Origin: a virus
DNA length: 64,000 nucleotides
Strand: one strand, 5' to 3'
IMG/VR virus record: IMGVR_UViG_3300037557_000128
Location: 15,349-79,348 of that record
The notes beneath the pieces are model-generated. The model worked only from the letters and a program-made list of their open reading frames with translations, was not told the DNA's origin and made no database searches. Made by a program: the position numbers and the translations under genes. The stretch's first letter is position 1; the number at the start of each line of letters is the position of its first letter. Of this stretch, positions 18,546 through 29,599 are shown in pieces.

Positions 18546-19841
18546 TTACAGAATGTTAGAAACTGCAAATTTTCTGTAGTATTGGTTTGTTGCCGCTGTA
18601 GCAAGTCCATCAGCTGGTGTAGTACCAACGAAAGGATTTGAAACCATTCCATATCTAGTTTTGAAACCGATTTTTGGTTGGAATGTGTTTTCGCCAACTG
18701 CACGAACCATTTGTAATGGAACGTATGGGCAATAAAACATACCTGCATCATAAGGATTTGTTCCTCTGTAACCAACAGTTAAGTAATCAACACCAGCATA
18801 TGGGTCGATGTATACTTTAACTCTTCCGTTAAGAACACCAGCAAATGTATTGCCTGTGTCATCAACGTTTAGGTTAGTAGAAAGAGCAGGAGCGTAATCT
18901 AATACACCTGCCATTGACAATGCAGAAGCTACGTCTGAAGAACATAGGATAAAGTTACCTTTTCCTCGTCTTGTTTCTTTAGCGATTGCGTTGCTTTCTC
19001 TTTCGATTTGGAATAACAAACCTTTGAATTTCTCAACTGACCAACGTCCGTTAGCGTCAACGTCTAAATTGAACGTACCTGCAACTGCTGCTGCTGATGC
19101 ACCAACTTTTGCTTGTATGTTAACGTTTCTGACAACTTCTCTGTTGATTTCAGCAAGAATTTCTGATGAAAGAATATTTGCTAATTCTGATTCTGCATCA
19201 AGGCCGTGAATTGCTTTAAGGTCTTGTGCAAGTTCGAGTGTGTACTCTGCTTTTAATGCTCTTGACTTAGCAGTAACTGTAGCTTTCTCTATTGAGAAAC
19301 CCATTTGAGCAAAACCGTTGGATGCTTCTACATCACCAAGTGCTTCTGCACTTGCTGTAGACATACCGTCCCCAGTGTCAGATGCATAAGAACCGTTAAA
19401 CGGGTCTTGGTTCTGAGCAGCTAAAGGGCCTGCAGCTGTAGGGTTAACTCCGCCAGAGTAATCACTCTGTACTTCGTCTATTCCCATAGCTTCGGATTTT
19501 GTCAATCTAGTTCCTGATGGATAATCGTTATATCTTGCTTTCATAGCAAAGATTAATCCAGTAGGGCCAGTCATTGGTTGAACTCCACAAATGTCGTATG
19601 CAACGAGATTTGGCATAGCACGTCTTACTAGGGAGATTAAAATCGGATCCCAGTTAGATATGCCTGTTCCAGTAGCATTTAAAGGTGCTGCTTCTTGCAA
19701 GTTCTGCTCTTGTAGAGCTTTCTCTTGGTTTTCTAAGATTACAGCAGTAACAGCTCTCTTGTAGTTATCCTCGATTTTTGGTAAATCGGAATGTTCTAGA
19801 ATAGGTTGCCACTTTTCTTGTAAGTTTTCTGATAAAAACAT
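18546..19841 (-). CDS. gp23: Major capsid protein
   Basis: LQEKWQPILEH...DICGVQPMTGPTGLIFAM...KSRALKAEYTLELAQDLKAIHGLDAE. Confidence 0.98.
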   Translation of the reverse strand: MFLSENLQEKWQPILEHSDLPKIEDNYKRAVTAVILENQEKALQEQNLQEAAPLNATGTGISNWDPILISLVRRAMPNLVAYDICGVQPMTGPTGLIFAMKARYNDYPSGTRLTKSEAMGIDEVQSDYSGGVNPTAAGPLAAQNQDPFNGSYASDTGDGMSTASAEALGDVEASNGFAQMGFSIEKATVTAKSRALKAEYTLELAQDLKAIHGLDAESELANILSSEILAEINREVVRNVNIQAKVGASAAAVAGTFNLDVDANGRWSVEKFKGLLFQIERESNAIAKETRRGKGNFILCSSDVASALSMAGVLDYAPALSTNLNVDDTGNTFAGVLNGRVKVYIDPYAGVDYLTVGYRGTNPYDAGMFYCPYVPLQMVRAVGENTFQPKIGFKTRYGMVSNPFVGTTPADGLATAATNQYYRKFAVSNIL

Positions 19842-19870
19842 TTTATTTTCCTTTAAATTAAAACCTAACC

Positions 19871-21190
19871 TTATAAGGGGTTAAGTTTGGTTATTGCAGA
19901 CGAATACTTATTCATAGTAGGGTCTAATTTCTTCTCAGTTTCTTCAACTTGAAATTCATTTTCACCTTCTTGAACATTAGTTTCCGCCTCAACTTTCTCT
20001 CCGTCTACTTTGAAGTATGCTTCTTTGATTTCAGAAATCTTCTCAGCGAAGTCTTCACCATCTTTGAAATCTACTCCTTCAGCAAGTGAAGAAAGTTTCT
20101 CTTTTTGTGTATCTGTTAAATCTTTCGATGCTTCTGATACAACATTTTGTCTCTTGAGTTGGTCTAACTCTTCAGTGATTGCCATGTTATTAGACACTTC
20201 ACCGTCAAGTTTAGCTTCCATCTCTTCAAGACGATTTGCGAGTTCATCGATAACATCGTACTTATCTTCAGGAACATCAACGTAGTGTTCTACGAATAAT
20301 GTTTTTAAACCTTCGATAAAGTTCTCAGTCATTTCTGACCTCAAACCACGTTCTATTGCTAGTTCGTTTTCTTTCGTCCACTCTTCTGCACAATATGTTA
20401 AGTACTTGTCAACTGCTTCCGAAAGGTCGCCTTTAACTGACTCAACTGTGGTTTTTAACTCTTCTTGATATTTACTATCAAGTTGTTCTTTAACTTCCTG
20501 TACTTTTGATTGTACAGCAGCTTTAAAGATTGTCTTTGCCTTTTCTGAATTTTCTTCAGAAAGGTCTAATGCTTCGGAAATTGCTGATAGGTCGTCATCT
20601 ATCTCAATTTCAACTAGTGAGGATTCAACATCTGCAGAAACTTCTTCTGCAACTGCATCTTCTTCTGCATTTTCTGTAATTTCTTCAGACATAGACTCAA
20701 GGATTTCTCCTACTTTGTCTTCGTCCATAGTCTTCAAAGATTCAACAACTGCTCTCGCAACTTCTGCTTTAGTCAAACTCTCGTCCTCTTCAGATTCAGA
20801 TATTGTAGACAATACTGTTTGAAGTTCTTCCTTAGTCATTTCCTTCATGTTGTTGACGATAGCTTTTATTGATTCCATCTTCGAAGGTTTTGTCTCTTCT
20901 TTGACTTTCTCTTGCTTTTCAGCTTTACCAGCACCTTTCTTCTGAGGGTCGCCTTCATTTGAAGGGACTTTCTTCTCAGCGTCTTTTACTGCTTTAACTG
21001 CTTTGTCAACAGGATTGGTTTCAACTGGGACGACTTCCGCTTTGCCTGCTTCTATTGATTCAGCATCGGATGAACCTTGTTTGACTGGTTTTTTATCACC
21101 TTTCTCAGACTTAGCGTCAGGTTGAGTACCTTCCTCTACAGTCTCAACTACTTCCTCAGTAGTCTCTAGGTTATTTTCTAACTCTGCCAT
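19871..21190 (-). CDS. gp22: Prohead core scaffold protein
   Basis: Acidic coiled-coil; KAKTIFKAAV...EWTKENELAIERGLRSEMTENFIEGLK. Confidence 0.9.
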   Translation of the reverse strand: MAELENNLETTEEVVETVEEGTQPDAKSEKGDKKPVKQGSSDAESIEAGKAEVVPVETNPVDKAVKAVKDAEKKVPSNEGDPQKKGAGKAEKQEKVKEETKPSKMESIKAIVNNMKEMTKEELQTVLSTISESEEDESLTKAEVARAVVESLKTMDEDKVGEILESMSEEITENAEEDAVAEEVSADVESSLVEIEIDDDLSAISEALDLSEENSEKAKTIFKAAVQSKVQEVKEQLDSKYQEELKTTVESVKGDLSEAVDKYLTYCAEEWTKENELAIERGLRSEMTENFIEGLKTLFVEHYVDVPEDKYDVIDELANRLEEMEAKLDGEVSNNMAITEELDQLKRQNVVSEASKDLTDTQKEKLSSLAEGVDFKDGEDFAEKISEIKEAYFKVDGEKVEAETNVQEGENEFQVEETEKKLDPTMNKYSSAITKLNPL

Positions 21191-21241
21191 TTTTTTCTCC
21201 TGTTTTAATACTAATTTGTATTACTTTATTTTATTTATATG

Positions 21242-21889
21242 TTATAGACTCTCAACGAACCTTTTCCATAGATTTAACTTAGTTTCTTCAAGTTGATTTT
21301 TCTTAGCAGAACGTAATTCTTGCCTCATAGTCTCAACTTGAACTCTTGTAAGAATACCATTTTCCATTACCCACTCAACACCTTCCATAATTCCTTCGAC
21401 AAATGCCTCAGGGGCAGAAGGGTCTGCGACTATATCACCTGCAGTTGCAAGTTGAAAATCATTCTTAACATATTGTGCATCTCCCTTTTGTTCTAGTGAA
21501 CCAAGTCCCCTAGAAGATACTCCGAGTTTTGCACCATCGTTTATGAGAGCTTTTACAATCTCTCCGTTTGGAGTACTTAAAACCTTTGCTTTACCCAAAT
21601 AGTTTTTACCTTCCAATTCTAATGATTGGATTAAGTGGGATACTTTATCGAGGTTAATAGTTGGGCCATCAGGGTGTCCGAGCTCACCGAATGCACGGTC
21701 TTTTTCTACGAACTCCTTCTTATATCGGTTAACTTCCTTCTCCATAATTGCTTTAGGATAGACTCTACCGTTACGATTTTTAATATCGGCCTGCATAAAG
21801 ACGCCTTCTATGAAGTAATCTTTTTTACCATTCGCACCCTCTGTAATGATGGGCGATATAGTTTCGTTAAACTCTGCTATTAATTTCAT
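21242..21889 (-). CDS. gp21: Prohead protease
   Basis: NRNGRVYP, GELGHP, GVSSRGLGS, DIVADPSAP. Confidence 0.95.
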   Translation of the reverse strand: MKLIAEFNETISPIITEGANGKKDYFIEGVFMQADIKNRNGRVYPKAIMEKEVNRYKKEFVEKDRAFGELGHPDGPTINLDKVSHLIQSLELEGKNYLGKAKVLSTPNGEIVKALINDGAKLGVSSRGLGSLEQKGDAQYVKNDFQLATAGDIVADPSAPEAFVEGIMEGVEWVMENGILTRVQVETMRQELRSAKKNQLEETKLNLWKRFVESL

Positions 21890-22175
21890 TTACTATTTCC
21901 TCTATATTTACACCAAATTCTTCACCCATATTTTTCATAATTTGTTTGATGTCTTTAAACTCTTTCTTCGCAGTCTTTAGGTCTTTATACGGAGCATCTC
22001 CTGTAAAGTTTTCCCCATTAACAAATGCGTGTACTTTTCCTTCGTACATTGCGTATACTATGTCGACATTCTTACCACTTACATTGACACTGTCTCTATT
22101 GACCTCTTTATGTCCTGTAGGAAGTTTAAACTTTGCCTCGTTTAATTCCTTTACCATAGTGGTAAAACTCTTCAT
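21867..22175 (-). CDS. Prohead core protein (gp68-like position)
   Basis: MKSF...LNEA N-terminus; lies between portal and protease. Confidence 0.55.
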   Translation of the reverse strand: MKSFTTMVKELNEAKFKLPTGHKEVNRDSVNVSGKNVDIVYAMYEGKVHAFVNGENFTGDAPYKDLKTAKKEFKDIKQIMKNMGEEFGVNIEEIVNEINSRV

Positions 22176-22176
22176 A

Positions 22177-22353
22177 TTAACCTTCTGCTACTTCTTCTTT
22201 CTCAACGGTTGACCATGTAGTCGAAGTTTCAACTCTTTTGAAGTCTACTGCTTGTGCAGCCTTTTCCTTGACACCTTGACCGATTAGGTCTTTTGCACTC
22301 TGCAATTCACCCTTCTCTATCGTATCAACTATTTCTCTCGCAATTTTACTCAT
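22177..22353 (-). CDS. Small prohead core protein (gp67-like), 58 aa, not in ORF track
   Basis: MSKIAREIVDTIEKGELQSAKDLIGQGVKEKAAQAVDFKRVE...; TAATG coupling to portal. Confidence 0.7.
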   Translation of the reverse strand: MSKIAREIVDTIEKGELQSAKDLIGQGVKEKAAQAVDFKRVETSTTWSTVEKEEVAEG

Positions 22354-23906
22354 TATTTGTCTCCAATTTCGTTTGAGTCGTAAAACCCGTCTCCGCCACC
22401 AGTGTCTGCACCGTCAGCCTTTTCTTGTTCGATTTGGGAATCAATTTCCTTGATTTCCTCTTCTGTTTGTCGCAAAATATACTTTCTAACGTACTCTTGA
22501 CTGAAGTATTTTCCAACATATTCACTAGCAGTTTGAAGTGCATCTAATCTTTCTCTAAGAATCTCTTGTTCTTTCAATTCTGTAAAGTGGTTGTCTGCAG
22601 TATAGTCATATTGTAAAAAGTCTTTAAACTTGTCAAACTCTTCTGCACTTACAACCTCTTTAAGAACTAACTGAGTTCTTAATAAATCTGTAAAACACCT
22701 CGCAAACTTCTTCTGAAGTCTGTTAGTGAACTTATTAAACTTAAGTTCGTCTCTAGAAATCTCCGAAGAACGACCCATATTGAATCCGTTATCCGACTCC
22801 ATTCTAGAACTTGGAACATTTAATGACTGATATAACTTCTTCTTGAAGTATTCTACATCGTCAATTTCTGCGAGGTTTTGTCCACCAGGCAAGGTTGTAA
22901 TTTCCGTTCCTCTACCACCTTCTCTTCTTGGCAACCAAAAATCTTCCAACATACTCATATGTTTTCTATCATCTTTGATTTCACCAGTATCTGCATTGTA
23001 AACAAGTTTATTTCTATACTTGTTCATTACATCTGCAAGATATTGTTCTGCTTTTGCCTTTGGAAGGTTACCTACGTCAATGTAGAAAATCCTTCTTTCA
23101 GGTGCTCTAGACAATCTATAGATTACTAGTGCATCTTCCATCATTGATAACTGATTTGCAGTCTTCAATGCTTTGTGCAAATACCCAATAACTGCATTCT
23201 TGTTAAAATCTAACAATCCTGAAGTAGTATAAGTCACTGCCTCAGGTGCAATTCTGACTGTTGTACCTTCATTAGTACCAGTCTTGTCGAAACCTTTATC
23301 GTTGAAAATGTAAAATTCTTCCGTCTTCGTGACAATGTCTACACCTTCTTTCTTATCTTTCTTAGTCTCAACATTTCTGACCTTCTTAATCTTAAGAGGG
23401 TCAACCTGTCTGATGTCAACAATACCAGCTTTGGTTCTGTTGCTATCAACTACCTTATGGAAGTAAATCCTTCCATCGATGTACCATTTTCGGAATATTT
23501 CATGAGAGTTCTGATTGAACTTCATCATTGCTAGGATGCTGTAAAACTCGTCTTGCATCTTATTTTTGATGCTATCAGAGAGCTTCACATCTCTGAGGTC
23601 GAGTGTTACTATCCTATCGGCACTATCCGAAGTGATACACTCATTCACTATATCTTCAATAGCCGCATCGCATTCGGGTACTAGGGAAGTTTCTCTGTAT
23701 CTTCGAATAAGTTCAACCTCATTCTTGATACCACCTTCCATATCTACATAGGCACCATAAGCACCACCTGCAATATACCCTGCTTGTTGTGCGACAATGG
23801 GTGTACCATCATCGTCAACTTGAGGAACAAAACTCTTCTGAGAACTGACCTCTGAGGCTCTTAACTCGTCTTTTTTACGAGTGATTTCAAATCCAAATAT
23901 ATCCAT
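22353..23906 (-). CDS. gp20: Portal protein
   Basis: YRLSRAPERRIFYIDVGNLPK...EDFWLPRREGGRGTEITTLPGG. Confidence 0.97.
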   Translation of the reverse strand: MDIFGFEITRKKDELRASEVSSQKSFVPQVDDDGTPIVAQQAGYIAGGAYGAYVDMEGGIKNEVELIRRYRETSLVPECDAAIEDIVNECITSDSADRIVTLDLRDVKLSDSIKNKMQDEFYSILAMMKFNQNSHEIFRKWYIDGRIYFHKVVDSNRTKAGIVDIRQVDPLKIKKVRNVETKKDKKEGVDIVTKTEEFYIFNDKGFDKTGTNEGTTVRIAPEAVTYTTSGLLDFNKNAVIGYLHKALKTANQLSMMEDALVIYRLSRAPERRIFYIDVGNLPKAKAEQYLADVMNKYRNKLVYNADTGEIKDDRKHMSMLEDFWLPRREGGRGTEITTLPGGQNLAEIDDVEYFKKKLYQSLNVPSSRMESDNGFNMGRSSEISRDELKFNKFTNRLQKKFARCFTDLLRTQLVLKEVVSAEEFDKFKDFLQYDYTADNHFTELKEQEILRERLDALQTASEYVGKYFSQEYVRKYILRQTEEEIKEIDSQIEQEKADGADTGGGDGFYDSNEIGDK

Positions 23907-23958
23907 ACTATTATTTATACCACCTAAACATAGTGATATTCACTGTACTGTATCGTAC

Positions 23959-24456
23959 TTAAATTACTCTTTCCCAGTGAGAATATGTAAATGTAACTGC
24001 AAATTCTTCTAAAGCGTTTTCGGTTTCGTAACTTAATGCGATTGAACCGATTTCTTTAGGGAAGCAGTTAAAAAATTCATATCTCGCAAGGACTGAGTCG
24101 TCTTTACCTAACTGTTCGACAAAGGCTCTACTTAATAAGTAGTCTGTTGTCGCCAAACCTGTTGATGTTCCGTGACCTTGTATTTCTTGTTGCCACTGTT
24201 CTAATGCAGTTCTAGCGGAGAATTCATTATCATTGATAATTGTCACTTCCCAATCTGCATAAGTTCTGTCACCAGCAAGTTTAAGTGTAGTTCCTTTAAA
24301 CGGTACTAACACTTCACCGAGTGTAGCAGCAGGTATTGTTGCACCTTTTGCTAGAAACTCGATTTTGTTTCCTGCACGAGGAAGAAAGACTCGGAATCTG
24401 TTTGCCCTTGGGCCACCACCGATTAATTGTGCTTTAAATTGGTCTATTGTTGACAT
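23959..24456 (-). CDS. gp19: Tail tube protein
   Basis: GGGPRANRFRV...LAGDRTYADWEVTIIND...EEFAVTFTY. Confidence 0.93.
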   Translation of the reverse strand: MSTIDQFKAQLIGGGPRANRFRVFLPRAGNKIEFLAKGATIPAATLGEVLVPFKGTTLKLAGDRTYADWEVTIINDNEFSARTALEQWQQEIQGHGTSTGLATTDYLLSRAFVEQLGKDDSVLARYEFFNCFPKEIGSIALSYETENALEEFAVTFTYSHWERVI

Positions 24457-24470
24457 TTATCTTACTCCTG

Positions 24471-26462
24471 TTAAACTGCTGAATAGATTTCTTCAAACTG
24501 AACACCACTTCTAGCAGCGACAAAGTTCAAAGTTATATAGTTGATTGAACGAGCAGGTTTAACGAAGATAGAACATACAAATTCGTTTCTATCCATAACT
24601 GAATCAGTGTTGTTTGTTTCATCACAAACTACTGAGAAGTCAATCAAACCTCTTCTGTTCTTCACATCTCTTAAGAAAGGTTCTATCGCAGCTCTGAACT
24701 GTGCTCTTGTGAATGCATCGTTGTATTCAAAGAGTTGTGCTTGTGCAGCTGTTGATATTGCTTTCTCTAGGACTATGAATAACCTTCTTACATTAATTCT
24801 ATCAAATGCAGAAGGACTTGTTAATGCAGTCTTATCCCCAAATAGGACTGTGCCTTGGCCTGGGAATGTTGTGACTGGGTTAATTCTTGCACGATAAAGG
24901 TCATCTCTTGAACCCTGTTTAGGGTTGTATGCAACCTTAGTGATTCCAAGATATTGTCCTCTTGAGAAACCTGCAGGGGAAACCCACGCATCTCTCATAA
25001 GGTCAGCTCTTGCCATAATACCTGCTGTGTGTCCGTTTGCAGGAATCCAACAGTACCTATCGTTAAATCTATCGTATTGGTAGACCCAAGTTGAGTCTAG
25101 TACTGCAAATGAACTTGAAGTTGCAGTGTTGCAGTCTGCTAATACGTTTGTTGTTTGTGTTGATTCATTAGAAACATTAACCACTGATGCACGTCTTGGA
25201 CTTGCGATTACCATACAATCTTTTCTCTTTTCTGCAATTAAGATTGCTTGGTTAACTTGTGTTGTCCAATCTGCAAGAATATCTTGGTCTGTTCCTGAAC
25301 CGTTATCAGTTCTTGTTGAACCAACGATTAGGAAACTTATATCGACTGAATTTGCATCTTCGAAATGGTCTGCCCATGCAGTTTGTTTTTCTCCTGCAGT
25401 AGCACTTCTTCCGTCAACTCCACCACTTAGTGTTGAATTTTCAGGGCCTGAAGGTCTACCGAAGGCTGCTCCTGCAGAACCAGCGTGTGTTTTCTCACCA
25501 GTTGCACTTGCGTGTGTTCCTGTTGAGTGACTTGCCCAGTATACATAGTCTGATTTTACTTCTAATACGTCTTTGTAGTAGTTTGAAGCACCGTGAGCGT
25601 CTTTACCGTCTGAAGCACATGATAAGAAACCAAATGTTTCTAATACAGTGTTTGCAGTACCTGTAAATGTTCCGTCTTCGTCTATAACTACAACGTGAAT
25701 TTCGTCATCGGAACCACCAGCAGCTGTTGATGTTCCTGATTTGCCTGGAGCTTTACTGAATAAACCGTAGTGTTCCCAATATCTATCGATATTAGCACCG
25801 TTTGCAACTGCAGTTGTTAATCCAACTCCAGCAGGTTGATCCAATGCTTCGATAGTGATTGTTGTTGCTGAAGGAAGAGCTAACACTCTATATTGAGTGG
25901 TGTGCGTTTGTGGAAACGTGATTATATCTCTTAATGTGAATACGTTCGAGGCTGTAACTGTAATTAAAGTTTGTCCAACTGCTTCTGCACCACCTGTAGT
26001 GGTTACTGTATTGTTGAAGTATGCATCACTAGATGCACAAGTCGAAACTTTTAATGAATTACCTTTAGTCCCTGCGTATTTTGAAATGAATTTTCCAACA
26101 GTTCCTGCCTGTCCACCTGCTTTATATGTGTTAACATAGTCATCATGATGTTTAAGTAAAGATGCCCCACCACTTGCGTTAGCAGATTTTAAACCATTTG
26201 AGTTTATTCTTACTACTCTGAGTGATGAACCGTACTTTAGGAAAGATTCCGCTGTGTAAAAATTCTCTGCACCTGCATCTGTATTTACAGGTTGACCAAA
26301 TGTGTCTACTAAGCCCTTTGAATCTGAAACTGTTATTACTTCATCAACAGGGCCCCATTGAAATGAACCAGCGAATGCACCCGTAGTTGTAGAAACTGCT
26401 GGTACAACATTCGTTAAGTCAATCTCGTTGACCTGTACGCCTGGTGATACTTGAAATGCCAT
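24471..26462 (-). CDS. gp18: Tail sheath protein
   Basis: SPGVQVNEIDLT...WVSPAGFSRG...FDRINVRRLF...KPARSINYI. Confidence 0.97.
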   Translation of the reverse strand: MAFQVSPGVQVNEIDLTNVVPAVSTTTGAFAGSFQWGPVDEVITVSDSKGLVDTFGQPVNTDAGAENFYTAESFLKYGSSLRVVRINSNGLKSANASGGASLLKHHDDYVNTYKAGGQAGTVGKFISKYAGTKGNSLKVSTCASSDAYFNNTVTTTGGAEAVGQTLITVTASNVFTLRDIITFPQTHTTQYRVLALPSATTITIEALDQPAGVGLTTAVANGANIDRYWEHYGLFSKAPGKSGTSTAAGGSDDEIHVVVIDEDGTFTGTANTVLETFGFLSCASDGKDAHGASNYYKDVLEVKSDYVYWASHSTGTHASATGEKTHAGSAGAAFGRPSGPENSTLSGGVDGRSATAGEKQTAWADHFEDANSVDISFLIVGSTRTDNGSGTDQDILADWTTQVNQAILIAEKRKDCMVIASPRRASVVNVSNESTQTTNVLADCNTATSSSFAVLDSTWVYQYDRFNDRYCWIPANGHTAGIMARADLMRDAWVSPAGFSRGQYLGITKVAYNPKQGSRDDLYRARINPVTTFPGQGTVLFGDKTALTSPSAFDRINVRRLFIVLEKAISTAAQAQLFEYNDAFTRAQFRAAIEPFLRDVKNRRGLIDFSVVCDETNNTDSVMDRNEFVCSIFVKPARSINYITLNFVAARSGVQFEEIYSAV

Positions 26463-26552
26463 ACTTTTCTCCTGTTAATGTAAAAAGTTATTGTTTACTG
26501 TTTTATTTATAACAATACAGTATCTAACACACCGATTTACATTCTCTATTAT

Positions 26553-28145
26553 TTATGTTCCTTTAACATACCACCTATCTCCTTCGTCATCAACGAATGA
26601 TGTGGCTTCGGGTGTCTGATTTCCAGCTCCAAAGATACCTGCAGGTAGTAGGTCGTTTTCTATTAATTTTTGCTGTTCTGCGTACAAAAGGTCTTTAATT
26701 TGATGGTTGGTTAGGTGGTGAAAATATTCAGTGGTAACAAACCAACTGAATAGTACACAATTCATTACTAAATCATCATGATACCCTTTTGCCGCTTCAA
26801 ACGACATACCTTTATTTATGAATGTCATAAGTTCAGTAATGGTGTTTCTATCGCATAATGAGAGTCTATTTTCTTCTAACAACTCTTTTAACGTAGAACA
26901 CCCTATTCTTTTAATTTTCTTGTTCATGGTTACACCAATATCTTCAGTTTTGGTCATACCTTGAACAAAAACATTATCATATTCTATATCGAAGTGTAGT
27001 TGTGTTGCCACCATACCACCTTCTGCATTGTTCTCAATAATTACTAATGCATTGTTATACGCACTTGCATACTTATTTATAATATCAGGTAACAGCATGG
27101 GACTTATCATACTGTTTCTATACGTTGCAACCTGTTCAAAAGGTTGTGTTGAAATGTCAAATATTGTAAAGGTAGAATAGTCCATACCCCTTCCCTTTGC
27201 AACGTCAACCGTACAGACGTATGTGTGGTCTTCTGCAGGTTGTTTATACATGGAGAAGTCTTCCTTACCCCATTCTGCATCTAATGCTCTCATACCCAAC
27301 AAACAATTAGAACTAATAAGTGTATTACCCGTTCCTAAGAATGAGTTCCCATACTCTTGTTCGAACTGAGTTTCCGAAGTGTTTGCAATAGTTTGTTTCT
27401 TCCACTTTGCATCTCGGCCTGGAACATCGTCCCAATTAATTGTAAATTGTTTATATTCTGATTGTTCATGGACGGCACTTTCGTATATCTTATAGAACAT
27501 ATTACCCACACCATTCGCAGTAGAAGTAATAATAACCTTTGATTCTTTACCTGATGTTACCACTGGATATGTCGCAGTATAGAATTCCTCTGCATTTTCT
27601 ACGAATGCAAACTCATCGAGGTATAGTAAGTTAATTGAAAGACCACGAATCGAACTTGAAGACGTGGCGGCTGCAACCAGTTTACTATCATTCGCAAACT
27701 CTATGTTACCTTTGTTTAGAATCTTAACCCCAGGCTGTAAAAAGAATGGAACAGACTCTAACATCGTTACGATACGAGCAACCATTTCTCTTGCGATTGC
27801 ACCTTTGTTCGCAAGGATAGCAACAGTAACTTCAGGGTGAAACAGTAAGTACCATATTAGATATGCACAAGAAGTGATTGATTTACCCGACTGTCTACTC
27901 GCAAGAACTACATTGAATCTATTATCATTAAAGTGTTGTATTAGTTTATCTTGATACCCACGAAGTTTAAAAGGAATCATACCTTCGTCAAGAGATATGA
28001 TTTGGGTGTAGTTCTCAATAAAGTGTACTGGGTCTTTGGAACACTTAATGTATTCACTCAACTCTTCTTCTGTATACTGAATATCTACTCCAGCCTTTTT
28101 AATTAAGGTATTACCAAGATACCCCTCATTTTTCGCATCAGTCAT
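26553..28145 (-). CDS. gp17: Terminase large subunit
   Basis: RQSGKS, YLDEFAF, ITSTANG, VDVAKG, HDDLVM; no intein or intron. Confidence 0.97.
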   Translation of the reverse strand: MTDAKNEGYLGNTLIKKAGVDIQYTEEELSEYIKCSKDPVHFIENYTQIISLDEGMIPFKLRGYQDKLIQHFNDNRFNVVLASRQSGKSITSCAYLIWYLLFHPEVTVAILANKGAIAREMVARIVTMLESVPFFLQPGVKILNKGNIEFANDSKLVAAATSSSSIRGLSINLLYLDEFAFVENAEEFYTATYPVVTSGKESKVIITSTANGVGNMFYKIYESAVHEQSEYKQFTINWDDVPGRDAKWKKQTIANTSETQFEQEYGNSFLGTGNTLISSNCLLGMRALDAEWGKEDFSMYKQPAEDHTYVCTVDVAKGRGMDYSTFTIFDISTQPFEQVATYRNSMISPMLLPDIINKYASAYNNALVIIENNAEGGMVATQLHFDIEYDNVFVQGMTKTEDIGVTMNKKIKRIGCSTLKELLEENRLSLCDRNTITELMTFINKGMSFEAAKGYHDDLVMNCVLFSWFVTTEYFHHLTNHQIKDLLYAEQQKLIENDLLPAGIFGAGNQTPEATSFVDDEGDRWYVKGT

Positions 28146-28546
28146 TATTCTTTATTTTTCTTCAAGTATTTTTGCAAGTCCGAAGTACTTCCCACATATA
28201 GGTGATTGTGTTGTGTTTTTAGATTTGGGTTTTCGTTTTCTAGTTCTTTTACTTTCTTTTGTAAGTCTAGAAGTTTCTCTGCAGTATCACCAACTGTCTT
28301 TATAAGTTGTCCTGCGACCTCATATGCACGAGGGTGTTCTGTTTCCTTACATAGGTCTAATATACCGTCTATTGCATCTTGTCCCCGTTCTACGAGGTTA
28401 TAGAGGGTCTCACGACCATATTTGTAGTCGTTATCAACCGACTCTGCACGTTGAAGTGCAGGTAGTTTAACTACTTTAGCTTCTTTTTGTATATCGGTAG
28501 AAATATCTAGGATTTCATCCAATTTAGAATCAATATCTTTTGCCAT
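28145..28546 (-). CDS. gp16: Terminase small subunit
   Basis: DYKYGRETLY...HPRAYEVAGQLIK...VGSTSDLQK. Confidence 0.92.
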   Translation of the reverse strand: MAKDIDSKLDEILDISTDIQKEAKVVKLPALQRAESVDNDYKYGRETLYNLVERGQDAIDGILDLCKETEHPRAYEVAGQLIKTVGDTAEKLLDLQKKVKELENENPNLKTQHNHLYVGSTSDLQKYLKKNKE

Positions 28547-28549
28547 AAT

Positions 28550-29599
28550 TTAACTCGCATCTTCTGTCTGATTGTCTGAGTATGTTTTACCCGTTCCGTC
28601 ATCATAGAAATTCACTGTTTCTGCAACTACGAAAGTATCTTCAGGGTCAACAGACCCAACAAACTTAAGTGTAGTTGGTCTTGTAAGTGTTATTGCACTT
28701 GACAATACAATTGTCAATTTATTATTTGCAATACTACTAACTGTAGGATTCGTTGCATTACCTGTATCGAACACTTCGTCTCCAACACTTATAGAACTAT
28801 TTATTGCACTAGCAAAAGTAACTGTTGTACTTGAACTTTGTGCGCTTGCAACTTCTCCGAATGCAGGTTCATAGTGTTTAACTTCTTTCACTAGTCCTGA
28901 TTCTGTTATCTGCGTGGTTGAGAAACCTTTAGTTACATCAGGATTAATGTATGTTCTTTCGATAACGTTCTTAATAATCTTACCGTTGTAGATTGGCCCG
29001 AAGAAGTATAGTTTCATATCAAAGGTAAGTGTATGTTCTATAACCCTTCTTTCTGTAAAGTCTCCCTCATAGGTATCTGTCATTTCTACACCTGTAAGTG
29101 TAATTGGTACATCTCTAACCTCACTCATGTCGTCTATTATCTTCATAGACACTGTATATTCAGGCTGGAAATAAGGAAGTATCTGTTCTACAATTTGAAG
29201 TCCGTCATTAGCTTGTTTTGCAAGAACACTAAGTGTAAAACTTATTGTATAAGGCGCTGGTGCGTATTGAAATCCCCGATTAGATTTATCTGCGTTTAGT
29301 CCACCTTTTTCTGTTCGGATTAGTTTATTTTGTTGTCTATCTGCATCATACTGGAATCCAGTGATTTCAAATGCAAGTCTAGGTAGACTGATTGCACTTC
29401 TATTGTTATCACTTAGATTTGCTTCTTCATTAAGTCTCGCTAACCATTTTGCTTTTGGCCCATATGATATAGGAACTATCTGTTGTGCAAGAACCGTACC
29501 GTCTGCTTTAGTCTTTTTAATCGTAATATTATTAAAGAGTGTACCAAAAATAGATACACTTCTCTTAATAGTTTCATGATAGAAATGCGTTCCAAACAT
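28550..29599 (-). CDS. gp15: Tail terminator / sheath stabiliser
   Basis: FYHETIKR...FGTLFNNI...VPISYGPK...LQIVEQILPYFQP. Confidence 0.92.
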   Translation of the reverse strand: MFGTHFYHETIKRSVSIFGTLFNNITIKKTKADGTVLAQQIVPISYGPKAKWLARLNEEANLSDNNRSAISLPRLAFEITGFQYDADRQQNKLIRTEKGGLNADKSNRGFQYAPAPYTISFTLSVLAKQANDGLQIVEQILPYFQPEYTVSMKIIDDMSEVRDVPITLTGVEMTDTYEGDFTERRVIEHTLTFDMKLYFFGPIYNGKIIKNVIERTYINPDVTKGFSTTQITESGLVKEVKHYEPAFGEVASAQSSSTTVTFASAINSSISVGDEVFDTGNATNPTVSSIANNKLTIVLSSAITLTRPTTLKFVGSVDPEDTFVVAETVNFYDDGTGKTYSDNQTEDAS